Part shown: in pieces, positions 30,869 to 41,510 of the stretch
Layout: every line of letters begins with the position of its first letter
How positions within the stretch are numbered: the stretch's first letter is position 1
Origin: an uncultured Candidatus Rokubacteria bacterium
Lineage (GTDB): Bacteria; Methylomirabilota; Methylomirabilia; Rokubacteriales; CSP1-6
NCBI GenBank assembly: GCA_963754315.1
Contig: CAVWFS010000015.1
Span: 32,001-96,000, forward strand
Length of the DNA stretch: 64,000 bases
Direction: 5' to 3'
The notes under the pieces: generated by a model
Databases searched by the model: none
Told to the model about the DNA's origin: nothing
The model's input: the letters and a program-made list of their open reading frames with translations, nothing else
Program-made: the position numbers and the translations under genes

Positions 30869-32035
30869 ATGCGGGTTGACGTCGTCGAGCGTGCGGCCGA
30901 GGTCACGCGCGCGACGATCGCGCCGCGCGCGGCCCGGTACGATCGCGAAGGGGCCAATCCCGTCGAGAGCTGGAAGGATCTCTGGCACGAGGGCTTCCTG
31001 GCGGCGGCGATACCGGCGGCGCACGGCGGCATGGGCCTGGACATGCCCACCTACATCGCGGTCATCCGGACCATCGCCCAGGGGTGCGCCAGCACCGCCA
31101 TGACCCTGCACATGCACTCGACGGTCATGCGCTTCATCGACACGCTTGGCACCGAGGACCAGAAGCGGCGCTATTTTCCCGAGGTCGTCGAGCACGGCCG
31201 GCTCTTCGGAAGCTGGGGGAGCGAGCCGGCCGTGAGCCTCTCGCGAACGTTCCTCATCGAGACGGCCATCCGGGCCGACGGCGACCACTGGGTCATCGAT
31301 GGGGTAAAGCATTTCTGCACGATGGCCCTCGGCGCCTCGTACTACATGGTCTGGTGTGCCATCAATGGCGAGTCGGACATGGGCAAGGCGCTTCTGCAAG
31401 CGCTCGTTCCGGCTGCGGCGCCCGGCATTGCCACCGACGGTAAGTGGGACACCCTCGGCATGCGTGGGACATACAGCCCCTCCGTATCGTTCAGGAGCGT
31501 GCGGGTCCATCGCGACGCCACCCTCGGCCAGCCAGGCTCCGCCCTGCACGTTGGCGTGGTGGAAGGCTTCGGCCTAGGCTACGCCGCTGTCTATGTGGGT
31601 ATCGCGGAAGCCACCTTGCAGTTCGCCGTCGACTATTCGAAAAAGCGCGTGGTCAAACCCGAGAACGTGGCGGTGGCCATGGACCCTGCCGTGCAACGGC
31701 ACATCGGCGACATGAGCGCGTATCTGGAGGCGGCCCGGCTCGTCCTGGAGGCGGCGGCGGCCGAATGGGCGGGGGCGGACCTCATCGAGCGTAGCCACCT
31801 CGCCAGCAAGGCCAAGTATCTGGCGACCGAGGTCGGCCTGCAGGTGACCTCCAAGGTCATCCAGGTCGTCGGAGGGCGCGGCGCCTACAAGGACTTCCCG
31901 GCCGAGCGGGCGCTGCGCGATCTTCGAACCTCGACCCTCATGCCGCCGACGGTGGACAAGATGCTGGAGACAATCGGCAAGCGCGCCCTCGGCATCCAGG
32001 AAGGCATGTTCCGGCTCGGCGATTCCCGGCAGTGA
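30869..32035 (+). CDS. Acyl-CoA dehydrogenase family flavoprotein
   Basis: IPAAHGGMG, SEP, GVKHFC, LGMRGT, QVVGGRG, ERALRD. Confidence 0.85.
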   Translation: MRVDVVERAAEVTRATIAPRAARYDREGANPVESWKDLWHEGFLAAAIPAAHGGMGLDMPTYIAVIRTIAQGCASTAMTLHMHSTVMRFIDTLGTEDQKRRYFPEVVEHGRLFGSWGSEPAVSLSRTFLIETAIRADGDHWVIDGVKHFCTMALGASYYMVWCAINGESDMGKALLQALVPAAAPGIATDGKWDTLGMRGTYSPSVSFRSVRVHRDATLGQPGSALHVGVVEGFGLGYAAVYVGIAEATLQFAVDYSKKRVVKPENVAVAMDPAVQRHIGDMSAYLEAARLVLEAAAAEWAGADLIERSHLASKAKYLATEVGLQVTSKVIQVVGGRGAYKDFPAERALRDLRTSTLMPPTVDKMLETIGKRALGIQEGMFRLGDSRQ

Positions 32036-32054
32036 CACCGAAAGTTGGGCGTTT

Positions 32055-33128
32055 CTAGCGGAGAATGCGGTCGCCGTCCGCCCTGTCGAAGAAGACGATT
32101 CGATCCCCCCGAAACGTGAAGCCGCGTCGATCTCCGACGGCCAGCTTGTCCTCGGCGCTCACCTTCGCCACGAGAGAACTCGGTCCGCCGTAGTCGAGAA
32201 ACACGAGCGTCTCGTCGCCCAGCGGCTCGGTCAGGCTGACGGTAGCTCCTCGGCCGTCGCTGTCGGCGGTCAGGCGCACGTGCTCCGGCCGGATGCCGAG
32301 CGTGACCGAGCGGGACGCGACAGTCCCGCGCGGCTTGAGGTTGAGACGCAGGGCGGAGGCCTCGAAGATCAGGGTGCTTCCCTCCCCCCTGAGCTCACCC
32401 TCGATGAAGTTCATGGCCGGCACCCCGAAGAACCCGGCCACGAAGCGGTTGGCCGGGTCGCCATAGACGGCGAGCGGCGGGCCGACCTGCTGCACGCGTC
32501 CCTGATTCATGACCACGATGCGGTCGGCCATGGTCATGGCCTCGGCCTGGTCGTGGGTCACGTAGATGAAGGTGGCCCCCAGGGAGGCGTGCAGGCGCTT
32601 GAGCTCGGTTCGCATCTCCACCCGCAGCTTGGCGTCGAGGCTGGAGAGCGGCTCGTCCATCAGGAAGACCGCCGGCTGCACGATGATGGTTCGAGCCAGA
32701 GCCACCCGTTGCGCTTCACCTCCGGAGAGGGTCGACGGCTTCTTGGTCAGCAGGTGATCGACCTTCACGGTGGCCGCGACCGCGCGCACGCGCTCGGCGA
32801 TGGTGGCAGCCGGCAGCTGCTTGATGCGCAGGGGGAACCCGATGTTGTCGAACACGGTCATGTGGGGAAAGAGGGCCAGGCTCTGGAAGACCATACCCAG
32901 GTTGCGGTCACGCGGCTCCCAGTCCGTTACCCGGTCCGGACCGATGTAGATGTCGCCGGCGGTGGGGGCCTCCAGACCGGCGATGATATTCAGGGTCGTG
33001 GTCTTGCCGCAGCCGGAGGGGCCCACGAACACCACGAACTCACCGTCGGTGATGTCAAGGCTGACTCCCCTCACCGCCTCCGTCTGGCCGAAGCGCTTGG
33101 CGATGGAGTCGAGCCGAACGCTGCTCAT
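32055..33128 (-). CDS. Carbohydrate ABC ATP-binding protein (MalK-like)
   Basis: GPSGCGKT, LSGGEAQRVALAR, YVTHDQAEAMTM. Confidence 0.93.
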   Translation of the reverse strand: MSSVRLDSIAKRFGQTEAVRGVSLDITDGEFVVFVGPSGCGKTTTLNIIAGLEAPTAGDIYIGPDRVTDWEPRDRNLGMVFQSLALFPHMTVFDNIGFPLRIKQLPAATIAERVRAVAATVKVDHLLTKKPSTLSGGEAQRVALARTIIVQPAVFLMDEPLSSLDAKLRVEMRTELKRLHASLGATFIYVTHDQAEAMTMADRIVVMNQGRVQQVGPPLAVYGDPANRFVAGFFGVPAMNFIEGELRGEGSTLIFEASALRLNLKPRGTVASRSVTLGIRPEHVRLTADSDGRGATVSLTEPLGDETLVFLDYGGPSSLVAKVSAEDKLAVGDRRGFTFRGDRIVFFDRADGDRILR

Positions 33129-34051
33129 CGGCGGATCATCCCGAAGCTGAACCCCTTCACCAGATGCTTTTGGATAAGGAAGCCGAAGATCACCACCGGG
33201 ATGGTGACCACGGTGCCGATGGCCGCCTGCGGCCCGTAGAGGCGCCCCTCGACCGCAGACTGGAATTTGTTCAGCAGCACGGGCAGGGTCAGAACCTTGG
33301 GCTGGCTGAGGGTCAGGGCCAGCAGAAACTCGCTCCAGTTCAGGATGAAGACGAAGAGCAGGGTCACCATCATCCCGGAGGCCACCAGGGGAAACACCAC
33401 CAGACGGATGGTGGCGAACCGACTGGCGCCCATGAGACGGGCAGCGCGCTCCAGCTCGCGGGGAACCTCGTCGATGAAGGCCAGCATCATCCAGATGACG
33501 TAGGGGAGAGTGGTGGCGATGTAGAGCAGGGTCAGACCGTAGTAGGTGTCGAAGAACTCGACACGCCGCCCGATGAGCCACTCGAAGAAGTAGGGGATGC
33601 TCGCGTAGTAGATGAGCATGGGGATCGCCACCACGATGGGCGGCAGCATGCGGACGGTCAAGATCGTGTACGGATAGTTCTTGCCGCCCGTCCGGAAGCG
33701 AGAGATGGCGTAGGCCAGGGTCGAGCCCAGCAGCAAGGACAGCACGGAGGAGATGGTCACGATCACCACGCTGTCGAAGGTGGCCTTCCAGATGTTGTAG
33801 GCCTGCTCCGTCTGTTCGCGCCTGAGCGCGCCCGTGTCAGTGGAGCCCCCGAAATAGAAGATCTGACGGTAGTTCAAGAGCGTCGGCTCGAAATCCACGA
33901 AAGGCACCCAGCGGGTGGGCCAGCTCACCCAGTCGCCCGCGTCCTTGAAGGAGGTCATGACCATCCAGGCGATGGGAAAGAGCACAATCAGCGTCCACCC
34001 GATCAGCACCCCGTGCCGCACGACCGCGAAGACGCGGGCTCGAAGGTTCAC
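33125..34051 (-). CDS. Carbohydrate ABC permease (MalG-like)
   Basis: ELERAARLMGA loop, FILNWSEF. Confidence 0.88.
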   Translation of the reverse strand: MNLRARVFAVVRHGVLIGWTLIVLFPIAWMVMTSFKDAGDWVSWPTRWVPFVDFEPTLLNYRQIFYFGGSTDTGALRREQTEQAYNIWKATFDSVVIVTISSVLSLLLGSTLAYAISRFRTGGKNYPYTILTVRMLPPIVVAIPMLIYYASIPYFFEWLIGRRVEFFDTYYGLTLLYIATTLPYVIWMMLAFIDEVPRELERAARLMGASRFATIRLVVFPLVASGMMVTLLFVFILNWSEFLLALTLSQPKVLTLPVLLNKFQSAVEGRLYGPQAAIGTVVTIPVVIFGFLIQKHLVKGFSFGMIRR

Positions 34052-34986
34052 CGGGCTGCCTCCGCCTCCAGGCGAGCGCGCTCGCGGCGCAAGAGCCAGA
34101 TGCTCAGGTAGATGAGGGCGGTGAAGATGACAAGCAGGATGAGCGAGGAGGCCGCCGCGTAGGAGATCTTGTTGAAGATCCACGCGTTCCGAAACAGGTA
34201 GATCGAGATGGTCTCGGTCGCGTTGCCGGGGCCGCCCTGGGTCAAGAGCATGGGCATGTCGAAGATCTTGAGGGCTTCCATCGTTCGGATGACCACCGCG
34301 ATGACGATGACGGGCGTCAGCAAGGGAAGCTGGACGTAGCGGAACACCTGCCAGCGGGTCGCCCCCATGACCTGGGCGGCGCGGATGGGGTCGGTCGGGA
34401 GCGCCACCAGACCGGAGACGAAGATCAGAAAGGTGAGCGACGTCCACTGCCACACGTCGGCCAGGATCACCGCGACCTGGGCCGCTCGATAGTCGGACAT
34501 CCAGCGGACTCGCACGTCGAGACCACTCAGCGCGCTCAGCACCGAATTCAACGGCCCGGTGTCGATGAGGAGCATGGAGAAGTCATAGCCCACCACCACC
34601 GGGATGATCATCATGGGGATCAGAAACACCGTGAAGTAGAACCGCCGTCCCCGGAAACTCCGATAGGTCAACAGCGCGAGGCCGAAGCCGATGAGCAGCT
34701 CGAGGACGACCGCCGTTCCCGCGAAGAGGAACGTCCGTCCGATGGCGTCGAAGAAGCCCGGATCGGTCAGGGCATCGAGAAAGTTGCTGAGACCTCCCCA
34801 CGGGGCCTCGGTCCAGAAGCCGCGGGTGAGCCGCCAGCGGAGCAGGCTGATGTAGATGGTGAGCACGAAGGGGACGAAGAGCAAGGTGAGGACAAGGAGC
34901 TGGACAGGGATGAGAGGCAGGAGTCGAAACACCCGCTCCTGCTCCAGCCACTGACCGAACGTACGCCGGCGGCGAGCCGCCGCCAC
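34048..34986 (-). CDS. Carbohydrate ABC permease (MalF-like)
   Basis: DVWQWT, LTQGGPGNATET. Confidence 0.88.
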   Translation of the reverse strand: MAAARRRRTFGQWLEQERVFRLLPLIPVQLLVLTLLFVPFVLTIYISLLRWRLTRGFWTEAPWGGLSNFLDALTDPGFFDAIGRTFLFAGTAVVLELLIGFGLALLTYRSFRGRRFYFTVFLIPMMIIPVVVGYDFSMLLIDTGPLNSVLSALSGLDVRVRWMSDYRAAQVAVILADVWQWTSLTFLIFVSGLVALPTDPIRAAQVMGATRWQVFRYVQLPLLTPVIVIAVVIRTMEALKIFDMPMLLTQGGPGNATETISIYLFRNAWIFNKISYAAASSLILLVIFTALIYLSIWLLRRERARLEAEAAR

Positions 34987-35010
34987 CCCGGAACCGGAGG
35001 TGACGGCCGA

Positions 35011-36489
35011 TCAGTCAGTACCCTCCGCGTCGAAATACGCGCCCGACTGGACGACCGACTTCCACGCCTCGATCTGCTTCTTGCGGCCGAGGTCGTCGGT
35101 GATCTTGTCCCACTGCTTCACGGTGCGCTTCATGGCCTCCTCGGCGCTGATCCGTCCGTGGTAGGCCTCCTGCAGGCTCACATCCAGGGCATCGAAGTAC
35201 TCGCGGTTGCCCGGCAGCGGGATCATGGGCACCGCGATCTTGGCATTCTCCAGGGTCGCCTTCATGAACTGCTCGCCGAAGCGGGCCACGATGTTCTTGT
35301 CGTTGATCTGGCCTACCCGAAACGGCTCCCAGAACCCGTCGCGATCGGCCACGGCGCGGTTACCGACCTCGGGACCCGTGAACCATTGCAGGAACCAGTA
35401 GGCGGCTTCCGGGTGCTTGCTGAACTTGCTGACCATGTAGTTGGTACCGGCCGGCTGGACAGAGCGGCGCACCAGCTTGCCCTTGACCATGCTGCCCGGC
35501 ATCACGCAGCTCACCACCTTGCCCTTCACCACGGTTCCCTGAGCGTTCTGGGAATACCCGACCAGGGAGGGAAAGGTCGCGATGGAGAACGAGTTGCCCT
35601 GGGCGAAGAACGGATAGTTCTGCGGGGTGCCCCAGCCGAAGATGTCGTTGGGCATGAACCGCGTGAGCGCCACCTGCTCCTTGGTCGTCTCGATCCCCTC
35701 CGGCCCATCGATGAGCGGCTTCATGTTTCGATCGAAGAAGAGCTTCCCCTTGGAGAGATACCGGCCCTGCCACCAGCGGTAGCCAAACTCCCGGGCCCGG
35801 TACTCCTGCGCCCCGTAGAGGTCCTTCTCGAGGGTGACCCCGTAGAAATTCGTGCCCTTCTTGCCGTTGAAGAAGGAGGCCAGCTGCTCCCACTGCTTCC
35901 AGGTGTCGGGGCACCCGGGTTCCCAGCCAAACTTGGCCTTGAAGGCCTTGCGCGCCTCCGGCAGCTCGAGGAGATCCTTGCGCAGGGCGAGGATGGTCTG
36001 GTCGCCGTCCGTGAAGAACGTATAGAGCTTGCCCTTGTAGTACATCTCGGTGCGAAGTGTCTTGGGAATATCGTCGAAGTACGGCTTCCCGCGAGCCGCG
36101 TAGTCATCGAGCGGGATGATGGCGCCGGCGTCGACGGCGTCGGGCAGCATGTACATCTGGTGGTTGTAGATGTCGTACTGCCCGCTCCGGGCCACCGCGT
36201 CGGCCATGATCTTGGCCGGGATCTCGGTGTAGCCGTACTCGATGGTCTTGATCTTGATCCCGGTCAGCTTTTCCCATTCGTCGAGGTACTTCGGCTGGGC
36301 CTTGGCAAGGATGGAGACCATCATCATGGTCAGCTCGATCTTGTCGGTGCCGACCTTCTTCAGATAGGCCTTGGCGCCGTTGACGGCGCGTTCTTCGACG
36401 GTTCCTCCGGGCACCACGTCGGCGGCCGCCGCACTGCCGGCCACCAGGACGGCCACGACCATGGCCCCCACCACCATCACCGTTCGCAT
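35011..36489 (-). CDS. Carbohydrate-type ABC substrate-binding protein
   Basis: Signal peptide after GGGAGG; WEKLTGIKI, SKHPEAAYWFLQWF; heads the permease operon. Confidence 0.82.
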   Translation of the reverse strand: MRTVMVVGAMVVAVLVAGSAAAADVVPGGTVEERAVNGAKAYLKKVGTDKIELTMMMVSILAKAQPKYLDEWEKLTGIKIKTIEYGYTEIPAKIMADAVARSGQYDIYNHQMYMLPDAVDAGAIIPLDDYAARGKPYFDDIPKTLRTEMYYKGKLYTFFTDGDQTILALRKDLLELPEARKAFKAKFGWEPGCPDTWKQWEQLASFFNGKKGTNFYGVTLEKDLYGAQEYRAREFGYRWWQGRYLSKGKLFFDRNMKPLIDGPEGIETTKEQVALTRFMPNDIFGWGTPQNYPFFAQGNSFSIATFPSLVGYSQNAQGTVVKGKVVSCVMPGSMVKGKLVRRSVQPAGTNYMVSKFSKHPEAAYWFLQWFTGPEVGNRAVADRDGFWEPFRVGQINDKNIVARFGEQFMKATLENAKIAVPMIPLPGNREYFDALDVSLQEAYHGRISAEEAMKRTVKQWDKITDDLGRKKQIEAWKSVVQSGAYFDAEGTD

Positions 36490-36599
36490 GACATCCTCCC
36501 TTGGGTGGCCACGCCCGGATCCACCCGCCCGGGGAGCGCGCTCGCGCGATCCTGGATGGATCAGGGCGATGCCCCACTTCATACCGGTCCCGCGACGGG

Positions 36600-37661
36600 C
36601 TACTTCAGGTAGCCGTGCTCTTTCCAGATCGCGTACTGTTTGCGGAATGCGGCGTAGCTCTCGTGGGCGCGCTTGAAGTCCGGATCCTTGGCGGACTCTT
36701 CCACGATCACCTCTTCCCACGCGGAGCGCATCTTGGCCAAGATCGCCTCGGACCAGTAGTGGATCTTCACGCCGTGCTTATCCACGAGCTCCCGCATGGC
36801 CGCGAACTGGCGGGATTCGCTGGTGACGAAGGTCCACGTGAGATTGGCGTCACAGGCCACCTCGATCATCTTTCGATGCTCCTCGGAGAGCTCCCCCCAC
36901 TTCTTGAGGTTGACCAGAAACTCACCCACCGAGGACTGCTGATGCCAGCCCGGGAAGTAGTAATGCTTGGCGACCTGGTAGAAGCCCTGCTTGAGATCGA
37001 TGGAAGGGAAGGCCAACTCCGTGGCGTCGATAACTCCGCGCTCAAGGGCCGGGAAGATGTCGCCCGGCGGAAGGAGCTGCGTCTGGACGCCGAGCTTCTG
37101 CATCACCCGGGCCCCCAGGCCGAAGAAGCGCATCTTCAGGCCTTTGAGATCGTCCACCGTCTTGATCTCCTTCTTGAACCAGCCCGAGGCCTCGGGCGTG
37201 ATCATGATGCAGCTGATGCCCTTGACACCGTGTCGGGCGTAGATGTCGTCCTTCAGCTTCTGGCCGCCTCCGTACCTGAGCCACGCGAGGTACTCTCCGG
37301 CCTGGGGCCCGAAGGGCACGGTGGTAAACCAGGGGGCGGCCGGAATCGTGTTCACGTGGAAGCCGGGCGTGGTCCACCCCGCCTCGGCGGATCCCTTGGA
37401 GACCGCGTTGAATATTTCGAATGCGGGGACCAGGGCGCCGGGCTCGAAGAACTTGATGTCCAGCGCACCGCCCGACATCTTCCGGAGGTTCTCGGAGAAG
37501 ATCGGGCCGCTCTCACCCACGACGTCGAGCGAGCTGGTGAAGGCGCTCGGCATCTTCCAGCGAACCTTGTTCTGGGCGGCGGCGTCCTCGATCAGGACGA
37601 GCGGCAGGATCAGTGAGCTTGCCAGGACGAGCAGGGACCGGCGCAGGATTAGCGATCGCAT
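36600..37661 (-). CDS. dctP: TRAP transporter substrate-binding protein
   Basis: GWFKKEIKTVDDLKGLKMR, YYFPGWHQ. Confidence 0.9.
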   Translation of the reverse strand: MRSLILRRSLLVLASSLILPLVLIEDAAAQNKVRWKMPSAFTSSLDVVGESGPIFSENLRKMSGGALDIKFFEPGALVPAFEIFNAVSKGSAEAGWTTPGFHVNTIPAAPWFTTVPFGPQAGEYLAWLRYGGGQKLKDDIYARHGVKGISCIMITPEASGWFKKEIKTVDDLKGLKMRFFGLGARVMQKLGVQTQLLPPGDIFPALERGVIDATELAFPSIDLKQGFYQVAKHYYFPGWHQQSSVGEFLVNLKKWGELSEEHRKMIEVACDANLTWTFVTSESRQFAAMRELVDKHGVKIHYWSEAILAKMRSAWEEVIVEESAKDPDFKRAHESYAAFRKQYAIWKEHGYLK

Positions 37662-37804
37662 ATCACACCTCCGCGTTGAAGGGTCGGGAGCTCGCGTGGT
37701 AGGGATGCTGGGGTAGTGGGCCGAGCGTTGTCAATGACTTTGCGCTGCGGCGACAGGGCGGGTCGCCAGTCCTCCGGAGCCGTGGCCGGCCGCGACCACA
37801 CCCT

Positions 37805-39187
37805 CTACTCGAGGAAGCCGGCCACACGTGGCAGCCACAGGATGATGCTCGGGAAGTAGATGCAGAGCGCCAGCCCCACGACCTGCAGCGCGACGAAGGG
37901 ATACATGCCCCGGTAGACGTCGGTCATGGTCACGTCGGGCGGCGCCGTTCCCTTCATGTAGAACAGGGTGGCTCCGAAGGGCGGGGTCATGAACGCCGTC
38001 TGCAGATTGACCGCGACCAGCCCACCGAACCACGTCATGAGGGCGCCCTTGCTCACCATGTGGTCGGAAAAGTCGTACCGCATCATGATCGGTCCGAACA
38101 CCGGCAGCACGATCAGGCAGATCTCGATCCACTCGAAGGGGAAGCCGAGCAGAAAGATGAGGACCATGACGAAGGCGAGCATCTCCCACTTCGTGTCGAT
38201 GCCGAACTTCAGGAGCATCGAGAGCATCAGCTCGTCACCGCCCAGCACCCGGAACACGTAGGAGAAGCCGGTGGCGCCCAGGAAGATCAGGAACACCAGC
38301 CCGTTCGACTTGCAGGCCGACACGATGGACTCGTTCAACATCGTCAGGGTCAGGCGCCGGTTGAGGGCGGCGATGAGCAGGGAACCGAGCACGCCGACGG
38401 CGCCACTCTCGGTCGGGGTGGCCCAGCCCGCGAAGATGGAGCCGATGACGACCACCATCAGCGCTGTCATGGGAAACAGGCCCCGCCACACCGCGGTCCA
38501 GAACTCGCCGCGGGTCTGCGGGCCGTACTCCGCCGGGAGCCGGGGCGCCTTGCTGGGCTTCACGATGGCGACCCCGATGATGTAGAGCAGGTACAGCCCC
38601 GAGAGCACGAAGCCCGGCATGGTGGCGGCCAGGAACAGCGATCCGGCCGAGGTGGCGAGCATCTCCGCCATCACGACCAGCATGATCGCGGGCGGGATGA
38701 GAATGCCGAGGGTGCCGGCGGACGCGATGGTGCCGATGGCCAGCCGCTTGTCGTAGCCCGACGCCAGCATCTGCGGCAGGGCGATCACCGAGAGCGTGAC
38801 CACCGCCGCGCCGACCACCCCGATGGGCGCGGCCAGGATGGTTCCCATCACCATGACGGCGCACGCCAGCGCGCCCGGGACCCGCTTCAACAGCACTTCG
38901 GTTGCCTTCAGCATGTCCATCGCCGAGCCGGATCGCTCCAGGATCGTCCCCATGAAGATGAACATGGGAATCGACGCGAGCACCGGATCGGCCGCCACGC
39001 CACCCCACATGCGGAGCACGACGTCGTAGAGGCCGATCATCGAGAACACGCCGAGCAGCGAGCCCGCGATCGCGAAGAACAGCGCCGTCCCGCCCATGAC
39101 GAACGCCACCGGGTAGCCGGTGAAGATCACGAAGAACATCGTCACGAACATGATCAGGGCCAGGTTGTCGATCAACCAGTCGAGCAC
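37805..39187 (-). CDS. dctM: TRAP transporter large permease
   Basis: GTLGILIPP, ATPTESGAVG, AFMTPPFG. Confidence 0.92.
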   Translation of the reverse strand: MLDWLIDNLALIMFVTMFFVIFTGYPVAFVMGGTALFFAIAGSLLGVFSMIGLYDVVLRMWGGVAADPVLASIPMFIFMGTILERSGSAMDMLKATEVLLKRVPGALACAVMVMGTILAAPIGVVGAAVVTLSVIALPQMLASGYDKRLAIGTIASAGTLGILIPPAIMLVVMAEMLATSAGSLFLAATMPGFVLSGLYLLYIIGVAIVKPSKAPRLPAEYGPQTRGEFWTAVWRGLFPMTALMVVVIGSIFAGWATPTESGAVGVLGSLLIAALNRRLTLTMLNESIVSACKSNGLVFLIFLGATGFSYVFRVLGGDELMLSMLLKFGIDTKWEMLAFVMVLIFLLGFPFEWIEICLIVLPVFGPIMMRYDFSDHMVSKGALMTWFGGLVAVNLQTAFMTPPFGATLFYMKGTAPPDVTMTDVYRGMYPFVALQVVGLALCIYFPSIILWLPRVAGFLE

Positions 39188-39229
39188 GATGTCTCCTCTC
39201 GCGGGCTAGGGGACGATCGATATCGGGCC

Positions 39230-39790
39230 TTAGATCTCCAGGGTCGTACTGCCGATTTGTAGATTGACCTCCGCTTCCGACCGCCCTCCGAACAAGAAGA
39301 CGATCAGGCGAGCCAGGACACTGAGGATTCCCAGCAGCACCAGCCAGATCCCGGCCGAAAAGATGACCTTGATGATCCAGCGATGGGTGAGCCCGAATGG
39401 GCTCTCCGATTGTTCGCTCACCGCGAACGAGGTAGCCACGAAATCCACGGAGTAAAAGGCCACGAGCGCCACGTACGGCAACGCGAAGAGCACGCAGCCG
39501 ACGAGCTCGATCCACGCCTTGCGCCGGAAGGCCAGCTTCTCGGTGAACGAGTCGACCCGCGGATGCGCATTGATCACGTAGCCATAGCCCATCCACAACG
39601 AAAAGATGGCGGCGTGGAAATGCCACTCCAGCTCCTGGAGCTTGGTCAGGGGAACGGGCAGACCCGTCTTGCGCGCGAGCACGTCGAAGCAGGTCACCAG
39701 CGCCATGACGAGGAGCAGCCAGCCGGAGACGTGGGCGATGACCTCGAGCAGGCGCCGCAGCCCGTCGGCTGTCCGCAGGAGAGCGTTCAA
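39230..39790 (-). CDS. dctQ: TRAP transporter small permease
   Basis: QELEWH, HPRVD, four hydrophobic segments. Confidence 0.87.
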   Translation of the reverse strand: MNALLRTADGLRRLLEVIAHVSGWLLLVMALVTCFDVLARKTGLPVPLTKLQELEWHFHAAIFSLWMGYGYVINAHPRVDSFTEKLAFRRKAWIELVGCVLFALPYVALVAFYSVDFVATSFAVSEQSESPFGLTHRWIIKVIFSAGIWLVLLGILSVLARLIVFLFGGRSEAEVNLQIGSTTLEI

Positions 39791-40056
39791 AGGCGCCGAG
39801 CCACGATCATGTTCGGCCGGGCATCAGCGGCGGTGCGCCTTGGCGAGATGTCGCCCCGACGCACACCGCACAGTGAGCCTCACCGACAGTCTCAGTCGCG
39901 TTCATGTCTGACGGTCCCCGCCTGCGTGGTGCGCGTCCCGGTCCTGCGTCTGGGAGTCGTGGCCCGTCCCCGGGACGGAGTGGCCCCTACTTGCCACATT
40001 CGCTCCCCCGCCGTCAAGGCCGAACCACTGCCGACGCGGTCCTCCGCCCCGGCGAG

Positions 40057-40764
40057 CTAGACCCCGAGGAAGCGCTGCTGGATGACGGGATTCTGCCGCA
40101 AGGTTTGTGGCGTGCCCTCGAACTGGATGCGCCCCTGGTCCATCACGTAGAGGCGATGCGAGAGGGTGAGGGCCACCTCTAACGTCTGCTCCACGAGCAG
40201 GATGGTGGTGCCGCGCCGGTTGATCTCGCGCAGGATCTCCGTGAGACTCTGGACGAGGAGTGGAGAGAGTCCCTCGGTCGGCTCGTCCACGAGCATGATC
40301 TGTGGACGTGCCACCAAGCCACGCGCGATGGCCAGCATCTGCTGCTCGCCCCCGGAGAGGGATCGGCCCCGCTGGCCGAGGCGCTCGCGCAGGCGCGGAA
40401 AGTAGCTGAACACCTCGTCGAGCAGGGGCGCCGGCTCCTTGACGTTGCCACCCAGATAGCCGAGGCGGAGATTGTCGAGCACGCTCAGGTTGGGGAGCAC
40501 GCGACGCTCCTCGGGCACCCAGGCGATTCCACGCTGGATGATCTCGTGGGTCGGCCGGTGGGTAATGTCCTGGCCCGCGAGTCGCACGACGCCGCGGCGG
40601 GGCCGCACGATGCCGATGATGGACTTCAAGGTGGTGGTCTTGCCGGCCCCGTTGCGGCCGATCAAGGTCACCGTCTCGCCTTCCGCGACCGTCACCGACA
40701 CCCCCTGCAGGATGTGGGCTTCGCCATAGTACGTGTGGATCTCCTCGACCGTGAGCAGGCTCAC
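40057..40764 (-). CDS. livF: Branched-chain ABC ATP-binding protein (LivF-like)
   Basis: GRNGAGKTT, LSGGEQQMLAIAR, DEPTEGL. Confidence 0.9.
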   Translation of the reverse strand: MSLLTVEEIHTYYGEAHILQGVSVTVAEGETVTLIGRNGAGKTTTLKSIIGIVRPRRGVVRLAGQDITHRPTHEIIQRGIAWVPEERRVLPNLSVLDNLRLGYLGGNVKEPAPLLDEVFSYFPRLRERLGQRGRSLSGGEQQMLAIARGLVARPQIMLVDEPTEGLSPLLVQSLTEILREINRRGTTILLVEQTLEVALTLSHRLYVMDQGRIQFEGTPQTLRQNPVIQQRFLGV

Positions 40765-41510
40765 CGCCCGGCTCCCAGATAGGTCTGCTGCACCCGTTCG
40801 TTGGCGCGGATCTCGTCGGGCGTGCCCTCCGCCAGCACCTGTCCCTGATGGAGCACGGTGATGCGATCGGAGATGTTCATGACCAGCTTCATCTTGTGCT
40901 CGACGAGCACCACCGTCCGCCCCCGGGCGAGGTCCCGGATCAGACGCATCGTCGAATCTGTTTCCTCGGGACTCATGCCGGCCGTGGGCTCGTCCAGGAG
41001 GAGCAGGATCGGCTCGGCGGCGAGGGCAATGGCGATCTCGAGATGACGCTTCTGCCCGTGCGAAAGGTGAGCGGCCAGCACGGTCGCCTTGTCGGTGAGG
41101 CCTATGAGCTCAAGGATGGCCAGCGCCCGCTCACGCACCTGGGTGAGCCGGTCGGCTCGTGACCAGAAGTTGAACGAGTGCCCGTAACCCTGAGCGGCCA
41201 CCCGGACGTTTTCGAGGACGGTGAGGTGCGGAAAGATGTTGGTGATCTGATACGACTTGGCGATGCCGAGCCGGCACACCTCGTGCTGGCTGAGGCCGGT
41301 GATGTCACGCCCATTGAAACGGATGCGGCCCGAGGTCGGCCGCACTTCGCCCGAAATCAGGCGAAAGAAGGTGGTCTTGCCTGCTCCGTTGGGCCCGATG
41401 ATGGAGCGCAGCTCCTGGCGGCGCACGGTGACATTGGCGCGATTGACGGCAAGCAGGCTGCCGTAGGCGCGGGTCAGCTCCTCCGTCTCGAGGAGTGGGG
41501 GCCCGGCCAT
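40761..41510 (-). CDS. livG: Branched-chain ABC ATP-binding protein (LivG-like)
   Basis: IIGPNGAGKTT, LSHGQKR, DEPTAGM. Confidence 0.9.
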   Translation of the reverse strand: MAGPPLLETEELTRAYGSLLAVNRANVTVRRQELRSIIGPNGAGKTTFFRLISGEVRPTSGRIRFNGRDITGLSQHEVCRLGIAKSYQITNIFPHLTVLENVRVAAQGYGHSFNFWSRADRLTQVRERALAILELIGLTDKATVLAAHLSHGQKRHLEIAIALAAEPILLLLDEPTAGMSPEETDSTMRLIRDLARGRTVVLVEHKMKLVMNISDRITVLHQGQVLAEGTPDEIRANERVQQTYLGAGR

